A stretch of DNA of 63,619 bases, the filler included. It is 4 parts of 4 records of this genome, joined end to end, with 100 filler letters (N's around TTAATTAATTAA, not from the genome) between each part and the next. Parts side by side here need not be neighbours in the genome. Positions count along the whole stretch, not along the records: positions 45,423 to 54,259 come from SRR20825019_2754; positions 54,360 to 63,619 come from SRR20825019_2764; 2 more parts are not named here. The stretch is one strand, 5' to 3'. Every line of letters starts with the position of its first letter. Positions within the stretch are counted from its first letter, which is position 1. Of the stretch, positions 49,624 to 59,276 are shown in pieces. The notes under the pieces are model-generated. The model saw only the letters and a program-made list of their open reading frames with translations, searched no databases and was not told the DNA's origin. A program made the translations under genes and the position numbers.

Positions 49624-52152
49624 TTAGGCCAGCTCAAGCAGGATGTCATTGTCCAGTACCATGACCTCCTTTTTTGTGTTCTCGTCCTCATGGAGCTTGC
49701 GGAACTTGTTCATACCAAAGTCGATCCCGCCGGTCACGAAGGAGTGGTATGACGCTTCAAGGAAATCAAACGCGTTCTCAAACACCTTAACCTTGGCGAT
49801 ATCATTCACCACACAGCTCTTGTCATAGATAAGAGACCCCATATCAGTCTTGCCGCTCACTAGTCGGGTGAAGTTGTCCTTGGACAGGGACATGACAAAC
49901 GTGGGCGCGACGGTAGTGAGTCCGGCAATGATCTCGGGCTCATCTCTAGTCGTGCCGATGCGAAGAGTGAACGAATCCGCGGCGCTGTCGGTCAACCGGA
50001 ACTGCACATCCCCGTAAAGGTTGCTCGCCGTGTAGTAGGCCAGAGGAACATACTGCATCGCAATCTCAAAGTCGGTTCCGGTGCGAGGATGGTTCGGGAT
50101 GAGGGGTTTGGGGGCCGCTGTGAACATCTCATCACGGATCTTGTCCTGCCTGCGCTCCTCCTCCCTCTCCCGCTCCTTGTCGCTCATCTTCTTCGCATCC
50201 TTAGCCTTCTCCATCACCTCCTTGGTCTTCTCCTCCGCCTCTCTGGTCTTCTCCTCAAGCTCCTTCTTAGCCTTCAGCTCGGACGCCTCCTGGGCCAACC
50301 GCCGTTTCTCTGCCTCTTTCGCCTCGGCCTCCTCCTTCTCGCGCTTCAGCTTCTCTACGTACTCATCCTTGACAGCATCGAGCTCGCGCTCGGATTCCTC
50401 CCACTTTTTCTTGAATTCCTGCCGCTTACGCTCGGCCTCAGCCTCTTCTGCCTCGCGCTCCTGGCGAGCGGCCTCTTCTTGTTCACGTGCGACCCTTTCC
50501 TCCTCCTCAACCCTGGCGCGCTCAATAGCCTCGGCGGCCTCACGCTCGGCACGGGCGGCGGCCTCCTCGGCGAGTCGCTTCTCCTCCTCCTCCTTCTCCT
50601 TCTGCTCCATCACCGCACGGCGCCTGGCATCTTTCTCGGCGCGGGCCTGCTGGCGCTTAAGCTCTTGTTCGGAGGTGCGACGGGTGGAGAACTCTGCGCT
50701 CTGAGAAAGCTCGCGCTCCTTGGCGGCCAGCGCCTCCTCACGCCGCTTCATCTCGGCGGCTTCCTGCTCTTTGATCTTCTTCTCCTCCATCGCCTGGCGT
50801 TCCTCGGGGGTAATTTCCTGCACAAGCGAAGATGTCTGAGGGAGTGGAGCCTCCTCCTCCTCCGCCGCCGCCGTCGAGTCCACGGCTTCTTCAGACGGCT
50901 TCAGCATGATCGAGCCCTGCTCCTCGACGGGGATTGTCACGGTCAAAAGCTTACGCGTCTTGTCAAACTTCGCCTTGGCATCATCTCCCTTCACGGGGTA
51001 CTTGAGCTGTACTGAAAGCTTATACTTCTTAGGAACCTCGAGCTTGAACACATTGTCCACCACATCAACGTCCAGGTCGCGCGCCGAGTCGATCTTCGGA
51101 AGCTCCACCTTCACAAGGAGATTCTTGGGGCGGGTGGAGACGGCGTCCGGCTGCAGTTTCATGTGTTCGTGCATCTCAAACGAGCCGCTCTCAACTACCT
51201 TGTGGCTTGGCACTTCCACCCCGCTCTTTAGGAACCCCTTCTTCATCCCGGTGATGTCATAGTTGGGTAAGGGCTTGTTCTCCGCCAGGCCGTGCTTCTC
51301 CTTGAGCTTGTCCTTCATAAACTGCTCCGCAAACTCAGACTTGCTCATGGGCGCGTCACCCCCCATATGGGATTTGTACAGCTCCTCGCCGAGGCCCTTC
51401 AGGTCCACAGTCTCGTCACCGGGCTTGTTAGGGTTGAGAATGTTCCCGCTGGAGTTGGGGTCGGAGTTCTCAGCGTTCACTACGGGCTTCTTGCGCCCGC
51501 TCGCACTGGCGCTCTTCTTAGGGATCATGATCGCCTCTGGCTGTGACCCCCCTTTGTAGTGGTTACGCTTCACTTTGGCTCCGGCAACATCCGTGAGAGT
51601 GATGTTGAAGTTCTTCTTAAGAGCCTCGCTCGCAATGTTGTTGATGAAAGCAAGGAACTTGTTGTTGCTGGTGGCTCGCTCGTACACCCGTGTGTTGACG
51701 GCGACATCAATCACCTTGCACTTCTCGCCTTCGTCCTTCCAGTCCTTGGGCTGGGTCAGTCCATGCGGCACCTGGTAGGAGGTTCCAGCGGCCTGGTTAC
51801 CACTCGGGTCGCGCCCGTGCACCTCAGTCATCTCAGCCATGTCCTCCGAATGAGTGATATTCACGTGCACACGGAGACCAGTCGTGTCCTTGCTGGTGAA
51901 GCAATATCCAATCTTGGGGTCCACGTAGACTTGGTTTTGCAACTCCCCCTCTTCCTCAAGCTGCTTAAAATACTGCGCGGTCTCCTCACGGTTCTTAGGA
52001 TCGTTCATTTCCTCCATGTATGCGTTAAACATCTCCCGGAACTCCGGCTTTGCGAAGGCGCTCTTGAGCTGCTCGGCTTCCTTGGGGGTGATCTTAAAGT
52101 CTTTGTCTTTCTCCCCTGTGGGAAACGCGGACACCGGCTTGAGCTTGTCCAT
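49624..52152 (-). CDS. DNAAF2: Kintoun/PF13-like dynein assembly factor (PIH1 + CS domains, E/K/R-rich helix, SCP2-like segment)
   Basis: AFAKPEFREMFNAYMEEMNDPKNR, AKAKFDKTRKLLTVTIPV, terminal LDNDILLEL. Confidence 0.8.
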   Translation of the reverse strand: MDKLKPVSAFPTGEKDKDFKITPKEAEQLKSAFAKPEFREMFNAYMEEMNDPKNREETAQYFKQLEEEGELQNQVYVDPKIGYCFTSKDTTGLRVHVNITHSEDMAEMTEVHGRDPSGNQAAGTSYQVPHGLTQPKDWKDEGEKCKVIDVAVNTRVYERATSNNKFLAFINNIASEALKKNFNITLTDVAGAKVKRNHYKGGSQPEAIMIPKKSASASGRKKPVVNAENSDPNSSGNILNPNKPGDETVDLKGLGEELYKSHMGGDAPMSKSEFAEQFMKDKLKEKHGLAENKPLPNYDITGMKKGFLKSGVEVPSHKVVESGSFEMHEHMKLQPDAVSTRPKNLLVKVELPKIDSARDLDVDVVDNVFKLEVPKKYKLSVQLKYPVKGDDAKAKFDKTRKLLTVTIPVEEQGSIMLKPSEEAVDSTAAAEEEEAPLPQTSSLVQEITPEERQAMEEKKIKEQEAAEMKRREEALAAKERELSQSAEFSTRRTSEQELKRQQARAEKDARRRAVMEQKEKEEEEKRLAEEAAARAEREAAEAIERARVEEEERVAREQEEAARQEREAEEAEAERKRQEFKKKWEESERELDAVKDEYVEKLKREKEEAEAKEAEKRRLAQEASELKAKKELEEKTREAEEKTKEVMEKAKDAKKMSDKEREREEERRQDKIRDEMFTAAPKPLIPNHPRTGTDFEIAMQYVPLAYYTASNLYGDVQFRLTDSAADSFTLRIGTTRDEPEIIAGLTTVAPTFVMSLSKDNFTRLVSGKTDMGSLIYDKSCVVNDIAKVKVFENAFDFLEASYHSFVTGGIDFGMNKFRKLHEDENTKKEVMVLDNDILLELA

Positions 52153-53243
52153 CTTGCCTGCTTAGAACCGCTGTTGCAGTAACTGGTAGGCAGGAGGGAT
52201 GCTTATATGGGGACTACAAGCCGTCACAGCGTGTGAACCACAACTGGGCGTCTTCCTGCACCGGCCAAAGGTATTGACGGACGTGGCAGGACCCGGGGTG
52301 TGGATTCAACGACGACTGGCATCAACGGCTTGGCAGGCCGGAGGCAGGTCCGGCGATAAGCGATGGAGGAGGGACTGCAGCGCCAGTGGCGGTGGCATTG
52401 CGGCTTGACTGGGACGGCCGGGCCCGGGGCGGGCGGTGAAGGGCTTGTGACCCAAGGACTGCAGCCGCCCCGGAGGATGCGCGGGTGGCGCGCACCAGTC
52501 ATCAGTGGGCCGCCGGTGCCGCGGGCTCGACCCCGGTCGCTCGTTCGGCTCGGCGTTGGCTTAGATTAGTTTGGAAGGTGGGAGGGTACAGCCAAGGATG
52601 CTTTCTTGCCAAACCACCACCCGATTTGAATTTGGCGTCGCAGCGGATGGGCTCCCCTCGACTAGTTGAACTCTATAGCGGTTGGCCTCCTCGACGTCCG
52701 GCCGTCCCTGCCCCCGCCCAACCACTGAGTACCTCATCAGTGGCGGCCCCGGCGTGGGGGGCCGCGCCCGGGGCAGGGCCCCCGCCGGCCCCGCCGCGGC
52801 ACCGGACCGGGAGCCGGGCCGAGCCCGCGCCCGCCGACTGCGGGGGCAGGGTTTGCACCCCCCGGCCCGGCCCCGGGCCTGCCGCGTGCCTGCACTGCCG
52901 GCCGTGCCCCGCCGCCGGGCGGCCCCGTGGGCCGGTGAACGGAAGCCGGAGCTCGCAAGAGACCCGCCGGCGGCGCCGGACGGTGACGTCCGGACTCGGA
53001 GTGACCGGTACGGCCGGTCGCCGCCGGTGCCGGCGCGGGCCGCACCCGAACCGGCCCGCGGGGGCCCTACCGTAGGCGGCACCGGTGTGCCCTGGCCGAC
53101 CCGGTCGCCGGCTGCCGGCGAGTAGGGGCGGAGGGTGCACGCCACGCCGACTTCATATATTCTACACGTGAATAGGTCGTAGCAGACACCACACTCTCCG
53201 TCCTGCACACGCGGGTGTCACTGCGGTTGCGACTGGTGCCCCC

Positions 53244-54162
53244 ATGGAAACGAAGGCCTCAGCTTGCCGGGTCCTGCTGCTCATCGTGGGCGGTGTCGCC
53301 ACGGCCGCAGCGGTGTGCTCGCAGGACTCGGACTGCGGCGGCGGGTCGATGGGGTCGTGCCACGACGGTGGGTGCGAGTGCCGGCCGCCATGGACTGGGG
53401 ACGACTGCTCGACGTCGTTTGCGACGGCGCTTGGAGGTCTGTTCTGGGCATATGCGTTCATGATGCTTTCCGTGTTCATGATAACGGGGATCATGCTGGT
53501 GGTGCTATTGGGTATGATTTTCTGGGCGAACGGCGTGGGCGCCACCGTGCAGACCACCGCCCAGTCTTGTCTGCTGGCTGTGTGCACAGGTAGGGAGAAG
53601 TGAAATTGTGGAAAAATACATTCGCGAGTTAGGGTTCGAACCTGGGCTGACTGACGTCCTGCTTGGTGCAGCACGGGTGTTGTACTTTTCGCTGGACCCC
53701 TGGCAGAGCAGGGGTTTTATCAGTATCCAAGTGAACAATATGATATTTGGCATTGCGTTTCCGTTCCTCTTGGCTGCGTTCTCCTTGATTGCGCTCAAGT
53801 TGTAAGTCATTCTCTCCCGCCATTGGATCTCGAATGTGCCGCTTTTGTCTGACCGCATCTCCTTGCCTTTTAGCTGCTACGTCGTGCTCTCCAATAACGT
53901 GAAACAAAAGCCCTTTCCACGGGCGGTCAAGATCTTTTGGATAATGACAGTGGTGCCACTCTTTTTGGTTGAGGGGCTCGTGAGAATCCTGTGGTTCAGC
54001 AACGACACATTCGGCGCGGTTGCCTACCGAGTGTACATCGTGTACGTCTGCCTTTTCCTTTTTCTTCTCGCTTTGGGCTTCATCGTGTCTGGGGGTTCGC
54101 TAGCCATCAAGCTGTACCGCGGGTCTAAATCCAATGCAGTGACTCGCAAATATTTCATCAAG
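53244..54162 (+). CDS. EGF-like domain + multipass membrane protein, multi-exon, 3'-truncated
   Basis: Signal peptide, CSQDSDC..GSC..CECRPPWTGDDC, then TM exons (RVLYFSLDP) separated by GT-AG introns. Confidence 0.7.
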
Positions 54163-54259
54163 GTGTGTATCCTGCTGGTTCGCCTCCTTGCTGTACTGTT
54201 GGGAGAGGGGGTTGGGGGTTGGGGGGGGGGTTGGTGGTGGGGGGGGGGGGGGGGGGGGG

Positions 54260-54359
54260 NNNNNNNNNNNNNNNNNNNNNNNNNNNNNNNNNNNNNNNNN
54301 NNNTTAATTAATTAANNNNNNNNNNNNNNNNNNNNNNNNNNNNNNNNNNNNNNNNNNNN
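54260..54359. other. Artificial contig linker
   Basis: N44-TTAATTAATTAA-N44. Confidence 0.99.
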
Positions 54360-55466
54360 ACCACCGAGAAGATCATGCCCGCGACCTGGCAGGGGCTTTA
54401 TATCGCAGCCGGCGGCACGGTGATCATGATCCTGCTGCTGACCAACGTGCACCCGGTGCTGGATGCCCTGAATCTGGAAACCAACACCGCCCGCATCACC
54501 CAGGGCTACCTGGACGCCTTCGCCTGGGGCATTCCTGCGATGTTGATGATCATGGCACTGCGAGGGCTGACGGACGGGCTGGGCCATACCCGGGTGATTA
54601 TGGCCTTCTCGGTGCTGGGAACCCTGATCAACCTGCCTCTGAACTACATCTTCATTTACGGCAAACTCGGCCTCCCGGCCATGGGCGGCATCGGCTGTGG
54701 GTGGGCCACCTCCATCTCCAACGGCGTTGCGGCCCTGGCGTTGCTGATCTACCTGAACCGCAGTGCGGTGTATCGCCGTTTTCACCTGCTGGCAGACTGG
54801 GCCAAACCGGACGCAGCGGGCATCCGCTATATCCTGCGCCTGGGCATCCCCATTGGTTTTACCATCTTTGTGGAAGCCAGCATGTTCTCGGTCATAGCCC
54901 TGTTCCTGGCACCGCTGGGGCCAGTGATTGTGGCGGGGCACCAGATCGCGCTGAACGTGGTATCGCTGGTGTTCATGCTGCCGCTGAGTATCGGAATGGC
55001 GCTGACCCTGCGGGTGAGTTTCCTGGTGGGTGCCAAGGCGCCGGATACTGCCCGGCTCATCGCCCGCAGTTCGCTGATTCTGGCGTCAGCGGTGGCGCTG
55101 GTATTTGCCGTGCTGCTGTTTGTGTTCGCAGAAGGAATTGCAGCGCTCTACACCGGTGAGCAGGACGTTCAGGCCGTGACGGTGACACTGCTGGTGTATG
55201 CGGCCTTCTTCCAGATTGCCGATGTGATTCAGGTGACCTGCATCAGCGCCTTGCGGGGCTACAAAGACACCAGCATTCCCATGCTCATCATGCTGTTTTC
55301 GTTCTGGGGCGTTGGATTGCCGCTGGGGTGGGTGCTGACCTTTACCGACTGGTTGCTGCCTGCCATGGGGGCCGCTGGTTTTTGGGTGGGGCTTACCTGT
55401 GGGCTGGCGTCCGCCAGTATCCTGTTGGGGCTGCGATTATTTCTGTACTCGCCAAAACCAGAGTAG
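54360..55466 (+). CDS. norM: MATE family efflux pump (NorM-like), 5'-truncated
   Basis: NLPLNYIFIYGKLGLPAMGGIGCGWAT, AGHQIALN, LRGYKDT, GFWVGL. Confidence 0.9.
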   Translation, partial: TTEKIMPATWQGLYIAAGGTVIMILLLTNVHPVLDALNLETNTARITQGYLDAFAWGIPAMLMIMALRGLTDGLGHTRVIMAFSVLGTLINLPLNYIFIYGKLGLPAMGGIGCGWATSISNGVAALALLIYLNRSAVYRRFHLLADWAKPDAAGIRYILRLGIPIGFTIFVEASMFSVIALFLAPLGPVIVAGHQIALNVVSLVFMLPLSIGMALTLRVSFLVGAKAPDTARLIARSSLILASAVALVFAVLLFVFAEGIAALYTGEQDVQAVTVTLLVYAAFFQIADVIQVTCISALRGYKDTSIPMLIMLFSFWGVGLPLGWVLTFTDWLLPAMGAAGFWVGLTCGLASASILLGLRLFLYSPKPE

Positions 55467-55480
55467 TCTTGCCGGGGCGA

Positions 55481-56476
55481 TCACGCAGGGCTGGCGACCA
55501 TGTCGTCCGCGTAGACAATACGGTCGCGCCCGGTGTCCTTTGCTTCATAAAGTGCTTCATCCGCCCGCGCCAGCCAATCATCAGGTTTTTCGCCAGCCTG
55601 GAGCAGGGCAACGCCAAAGGAGGCGGTAACCTGCCCCCCGGGGTGACGCAGAAACTTGTGCATGATGTGCTGCAGGTTGTGCATGACCGCCTTCAACCCG
55701 GTTGAATCCACCCCGGGCATCAGCAATACAAACTCTTCACCGCCAAAGCGGAACAGTTGATCGGACTTGCGGATGTTCTGTTCGATCAACGCCACCATTT
55801 CCACCAGCACGTCATCCCCTACGTTGTGCCCATACTCGTCGTTGATCTTCTTGAAGTAGTCGATATCCAGCAACACCAGGGCGTAGGAGATGCCGTTTCT
55901 GGAGGCGCTGGCAACGGCCATTGCCAGCTCCTGATCCATGGAGCGGCGGTTTTTGACGCCCGTCAGGGGGTCGATTGTGGCCAGGTGTTCCAAGCGCTCC
56001 CGCTGGTTCTCGTTGCGATGGGCAAACACATAGGCGCAGCAGCTGACGACCATAGCCGTGGCGGCGAAGGTCCACATCTGGACAAGAGAACTGAAGGCCA
56101 CGCCATGCACCATCAAGGCAACAACGGCGGCCAGATTGATAAAAATTGCGTAGCGGGGTTCCGTCAGGAAGAAGCTTGTCACCAGGCACGGATATAACCA
56201 GAACAGCCCAGGCTCTCCGACCAACGCTCCGACTGTCACCGCCCCGCCGCAGGCCACCAGGGCCATTGCAAAACCACTGCGAGCGGTATCGCCTGTTATC
56301 CAGGCGTAAATCATTCCGGCGGTGATCGCCAGCATAATACCCAGATCGACCACCCCGGCCAGCACGTTGCCCTGGACAAACCGCATCACCGCAAAGGGGG
56401 TTATCCCCAGAATGGCACTGATGGCCAACAACGTGATGATAGACAGCCTGAAATCTGTTTTCAGACGATAGAGCAT
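55481..56476 (-). CDS. Membrane-anchored diguanylate cyclase
   Basis: N-terminal TM helices, DPLTG, DIDYFKKIND, RKSD I-site, intact GGEEF. Confidence 0.95.
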   Translation of the reverse strand: MLYRLKTDFRLSIITLLAISAILGITPFAVMRFVQGNVLAGVVDLGIMLAITAGMIYAWITGDTARSGFAMALVACGGAVTVGALVGEPGLFWLYPCLVTSFFLTEPRYAIFINLAAVVALMVHGVAFSSLVQMWTFAATAMVVSCCAYVFAHRNENQRERLEHLATIDPLTGVKNRRSMDQELAMAVASASRNGISYALVLLDIDYFKKINDEYGHNVGDDVLVEMVALIEQNIRKSDQLFRFGGEEFVLLMPGVDSTGLKAVMHNLQHIMHKFLRHPGGQVTASFGVALLQAGEKPDDWLARADEALYEAKDTGRDRIVYADDMVASPA

Positions 56477-56716
56477 AGTGACAGTACATTCCTACCAAGG
56501 TCTTATTAGCAAACTATCATAGCGCAAGATCCGATTACGGAAGCTGAACGCAACGAAATTTAACAAACGCACAAATGAAATACTTTGTTAAATCAAAGGA
56601 CGCAGATTCCCATATCACCGCAAACGTCCCATTCCCGACCGTTCAACAACTGGAGTTGGTATCAGCTTAAGGGGTAAACTTAAGCATTATTATAATAAGC
56701 ACCAGGAAGCCATTGA

Positions 56717-57838
56717 GTGCAGAACCTTCTTCGTATCGCACCCGGCGCATTGACCATTGGAAAGCCTTTGCCCTGGACGGTCTATGACGCCGATGGCAAT
56801 GTTCTGCTGCGACAGGGCTACGTCATACAGAATGACATTCAGCTGGAGCAGTTGTTCGAGCGTGGCCTGTTCCAGCCCCGGGTGATTGAGCGCCCCGACG
56901 AGGATATTCAGGAAGATATCCGTCTTCGCAACCCATTTGCGGATTATCCCGTATTACTGCAAACCCTGGAATCCTCGCTGAACGCCATTACCAACCAGGA
57001 TGACAGTGCCCGCCAACGGGTACTTGGCCTGTCACGAATGATTGACCAGATGTGCCAGGAATCCCCGGAGGCCAGCCTGGCACTGGTGCACCTGTACTCG
57101 ATCGAGCCCACCATCCATGAACAGATACTGTTCTATGCCGTTCTCTGTCAGTTTACTGCACGGCGGTTCGGTCTCGATGACAAGCGGATCGCCGTACTGA
57201 TCAGTGCTGCGCTAATGGCAAACCTGGCTCTGGTGCCGGTGGCCGACAAACTCAATGCTTCCAACCGGGTATTGACCGACGAGCAGCGCGCGGTGATACG
57301 CAAACACCCCGAACGCAGCGTTCAGGCACTCAAAGAGGCCGACATCACCAGCCCACTGCTACTCAAAATCATTGCGCAGCACCACGAACAGGCGGACGGT
57401 TCGGGCTATCCCAATGGGTTGAGTGGTACCGACATACGGGGTGAGGCGGAAATCCTGGCGCTGGCGGAACGCTATGTGGCAATGATAACGAAGCGGGCTT
57501 ATCGCGAACGAATGAACATAACCGAGGCCCGCAAACTGATCGCTTCGCTGGCCGACGGCAAACTACGCCCTGCCATTCCGCGGGCTCTGCTGGCCATTCT
57601 GACCGATCATCCGCCAGGAACTCTGGTGAGGCTCGCCAACAACGAAGTGGCGGTGATTGTCCGGCGCCCGCACCGTCACCGTGGCCCGTTTGCCAAAGCC
57701 ATCATTGGTCCCAGGGGCAACCGTTACAGCGGCACCTTTGAGCGGGATTGCAGCCAGCCGGATTTCAATATTATCGACGTTGAACAGCCCGAAGTGATGC
57801 CCTCCATGGACTTCGGGCTACTCTGGGGTTTCCACTAA
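56717..57838 (+). CDS. Degenerate HD-GYP domain protein
   Basis: IRKHP, QHHEQADGSGYPNGL present; HD dyad replaced (ALMANL); GTG start. Confidence 0.85.
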   Translation: MQNLLRIAPGALTIGKPLPWTVYDADGNVLLRQGYVIQNDIQLEQLFERGLFQPRVIERPDEDIQEDIRLRNPFADYPVLLQTLESSLNAITNQDDSARQRVLGLSRMIDQMCQESPEASLALVHLYSIEPTIHEQILFYAVLCQFTARRFGLDDKRIAVLISAALMANLALVPVADKLNASNRVLTDEQRAVIRKHPERSVQALKEADITSPLLLKIIAQHHEQADGSGYPNGLSGTDIRGEAEILALAERYVAMITKRAYRERMNITEARKLIASLADGKLRPAIPRALLAILTDHPPGTLVRLANNEVAVIVRRPHRHRGPFAKAIIGPRGNRYSGTFERDCSQPDFNIIDVEQPEVMPSMDFGLLWGFH

Positions 57839-57856
57839 CGCTCTACGCGCTCTGTA

Positions 57857-58702
57857 TTATCTCAAGCCCAACGCCTGGGCGTGATGCTCAAGATGGTCAT
57901 CGATGAACGAGGCGATGAAGAAGTAGCTGTGATCATAACCCCGGTGCATTCTCAGATTGATGTGGTGATGCACCTTCTCACATGCCTCGACCAGCGCCTC
58001 GGGATTGAGCTGACTTTCAAGGAAGTCATCCGCTGTACCCTGGTCCACCAGCAGCGGTAAGCGTTCGCTGGCGCCGGGAATCAACAGCGTCGCATCCCAC
58101 TCTTCCCAGGTTTTCGGGTCGTCCCCCAGATAACCGCTGAAGGCTTTTTGACCCCAGGGGCACTCGCTGGGGTTGGCAATCGGCGCAAAAGCAGACACGG
58201 ATCTGTACTGCCCGGGATTCTTCAGCGCCGCGATCAGTGCCCCGTGACCACCCATGGAATGACCACTGATACTGCGATCCTCTGTCACCGGCAAGTGGCC
58301 TTCCACCAGTTGCGGCAATTCCTTCACCACATAATCGTACATTCGATAGTGAGGGGCCCAGGGTTGGCGTGTGGCGTTCAGGTAAAAACCGGCACCACTA
58401 CCGAAATCGTAACTGTCATGTTCACCGGGCAGGTCCAGACCACGGGGGCTGGTGTCAGGGCACACAATGGCGATGCCCAACTGCGCCGCTTTTTTCTGGG
58501 CCCCGGCCTTCTGCATGAAATTCTGGTCGGTACAGGTCAGTCCCGACAGCCAGTAAAGAACCGGCACTTTTTGAGGGTTGCTGCCCACGGCAACAGGAGG
58601 AAGGTACACCGCAAACTCCATATCGCAGTCCAGGGCTGCCGAGTGGTGCTGGTAGCGCCGGTGTTCGCCGCCAAAACAGACGTTGGTGGAGAGCAGTTGC
58701 AT
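57857..58702 (-). CDS. fghA: S-formylglutathione hydrolase
   Basis: WLSGLTCT, PDTSPRG, GHSMGGHGA, GYDHSYFF. Confidence 0.96.
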   Translation of the reverse strand: MQLLSTNVCFGGEHRRYQHHSAALDCDMEFAVYLPPVAVGSNPQKVPVLYWLSGLTCTDQNFMQKAGAQKKAAQLGIAIVCPDTSPRGLDLPGEHDSYDFGSGAGFYLNATRQPWAPHYRMYDYVVKELPQLVEGHLPVTEDRSISGHSMGGHGALIAALKNPGQYRSVSAFAPIANPSECPWGQKAFSGYLGDDPKTWEEWDATLLIPGASERLPLLVDQGTADDFLESQLNPEALVEACEKVHHHINLRMHRGYDHSYFFIASFIDDHLEHHAQALGLR

Positions 58703-58738
58703 GGGTACCTCTCAGTCGGAAAATTCACAGTCTTCTGA

Positions 58739-59158
58739 CTACGCGTATTTCGGTACTTCTATGCCATAACCGGCCTTTGCAAACTCTGCCAGGATGGCAG
58801 TGCGGGTCACAATACCGATCAAACGATCATGGTCAACCACCGGGTAGACCTTGGGCTTGCCTGCGCCCAGGTTCTGGGCCAGATCCACAACAGACATTTC
58901 CGGGGATATGGTGACCGGATTGCGAAACATAACGTCGTCCACGATCGGGTCGCCTTCGTGGTGGTAGTTGCTCACCAGCAGGGCGTGGATGCAGTCCTGT
59001 TCGGAAACAAACCCGATCACCTTGCGGTGGTCATCCACGACCGGCAGCCCAGTGACGTGGTTGTGAAGCAGTGTTTTGACCACTTTGGTTAAGGGCGTTC
59101 CACGACGAATGGGCTCGATGTGGTTCCACATGACATCGGATACTTTTAGCGATTGCAT
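58739..59158 (-). CDS. Tandem CBS domain protein
   Basis: GLPVVD..GFVSEQD and YPVVD..GIVTR. Confidence 0.92.
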   Translation of the reverse strand: MQSLKVSDVMWNHIEPIRRGTPLTKVVKTLLHNHVTGLPVVDDHRKVIGFVSEQDCIHALLVSNYHHEGDPIVDDVMFRNPVTISPEMSVVDLAQNLGAGKPKVYPVVDHDRLIGIVTRTAILAEFAKAGYGIEVPKYA

Positions 59159-59276
59159 TGGCAGACTCCCTGACCAGTCATATTCTGGATTCGTCCCTCT
59201 TTAAACATAGGCAATGGGGACGAAAACTGGAAGTATAAACCCGCAACCGGCCATCTCTTTCTGCGGGCACCGGCCG

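Noticed and set aside
52485-53208. Several overlapping Pro/Arg/Gly/Ala-rich ORFs (also 46135-46983)
   Set aside because: Expected from the scarcity of stops in very GC-rich DNA; no protein-like features.
54205-54259. Poly-G tract, G-quadruplex or telomere-like end
   Set aside because: It sits at a contig end after an intron donor; likely low-complexity intron sequence or a sequencing artefact.
17272-54359. Bacterial and eukaryotic genes side by side (apparent horizontal transfer or endosymbiont insertion)
   Set aside because: Every switch coincides with an identical N44-TTAATTAATTAA-N44 linker, so these are concatenated contigs with no biological adjacency.
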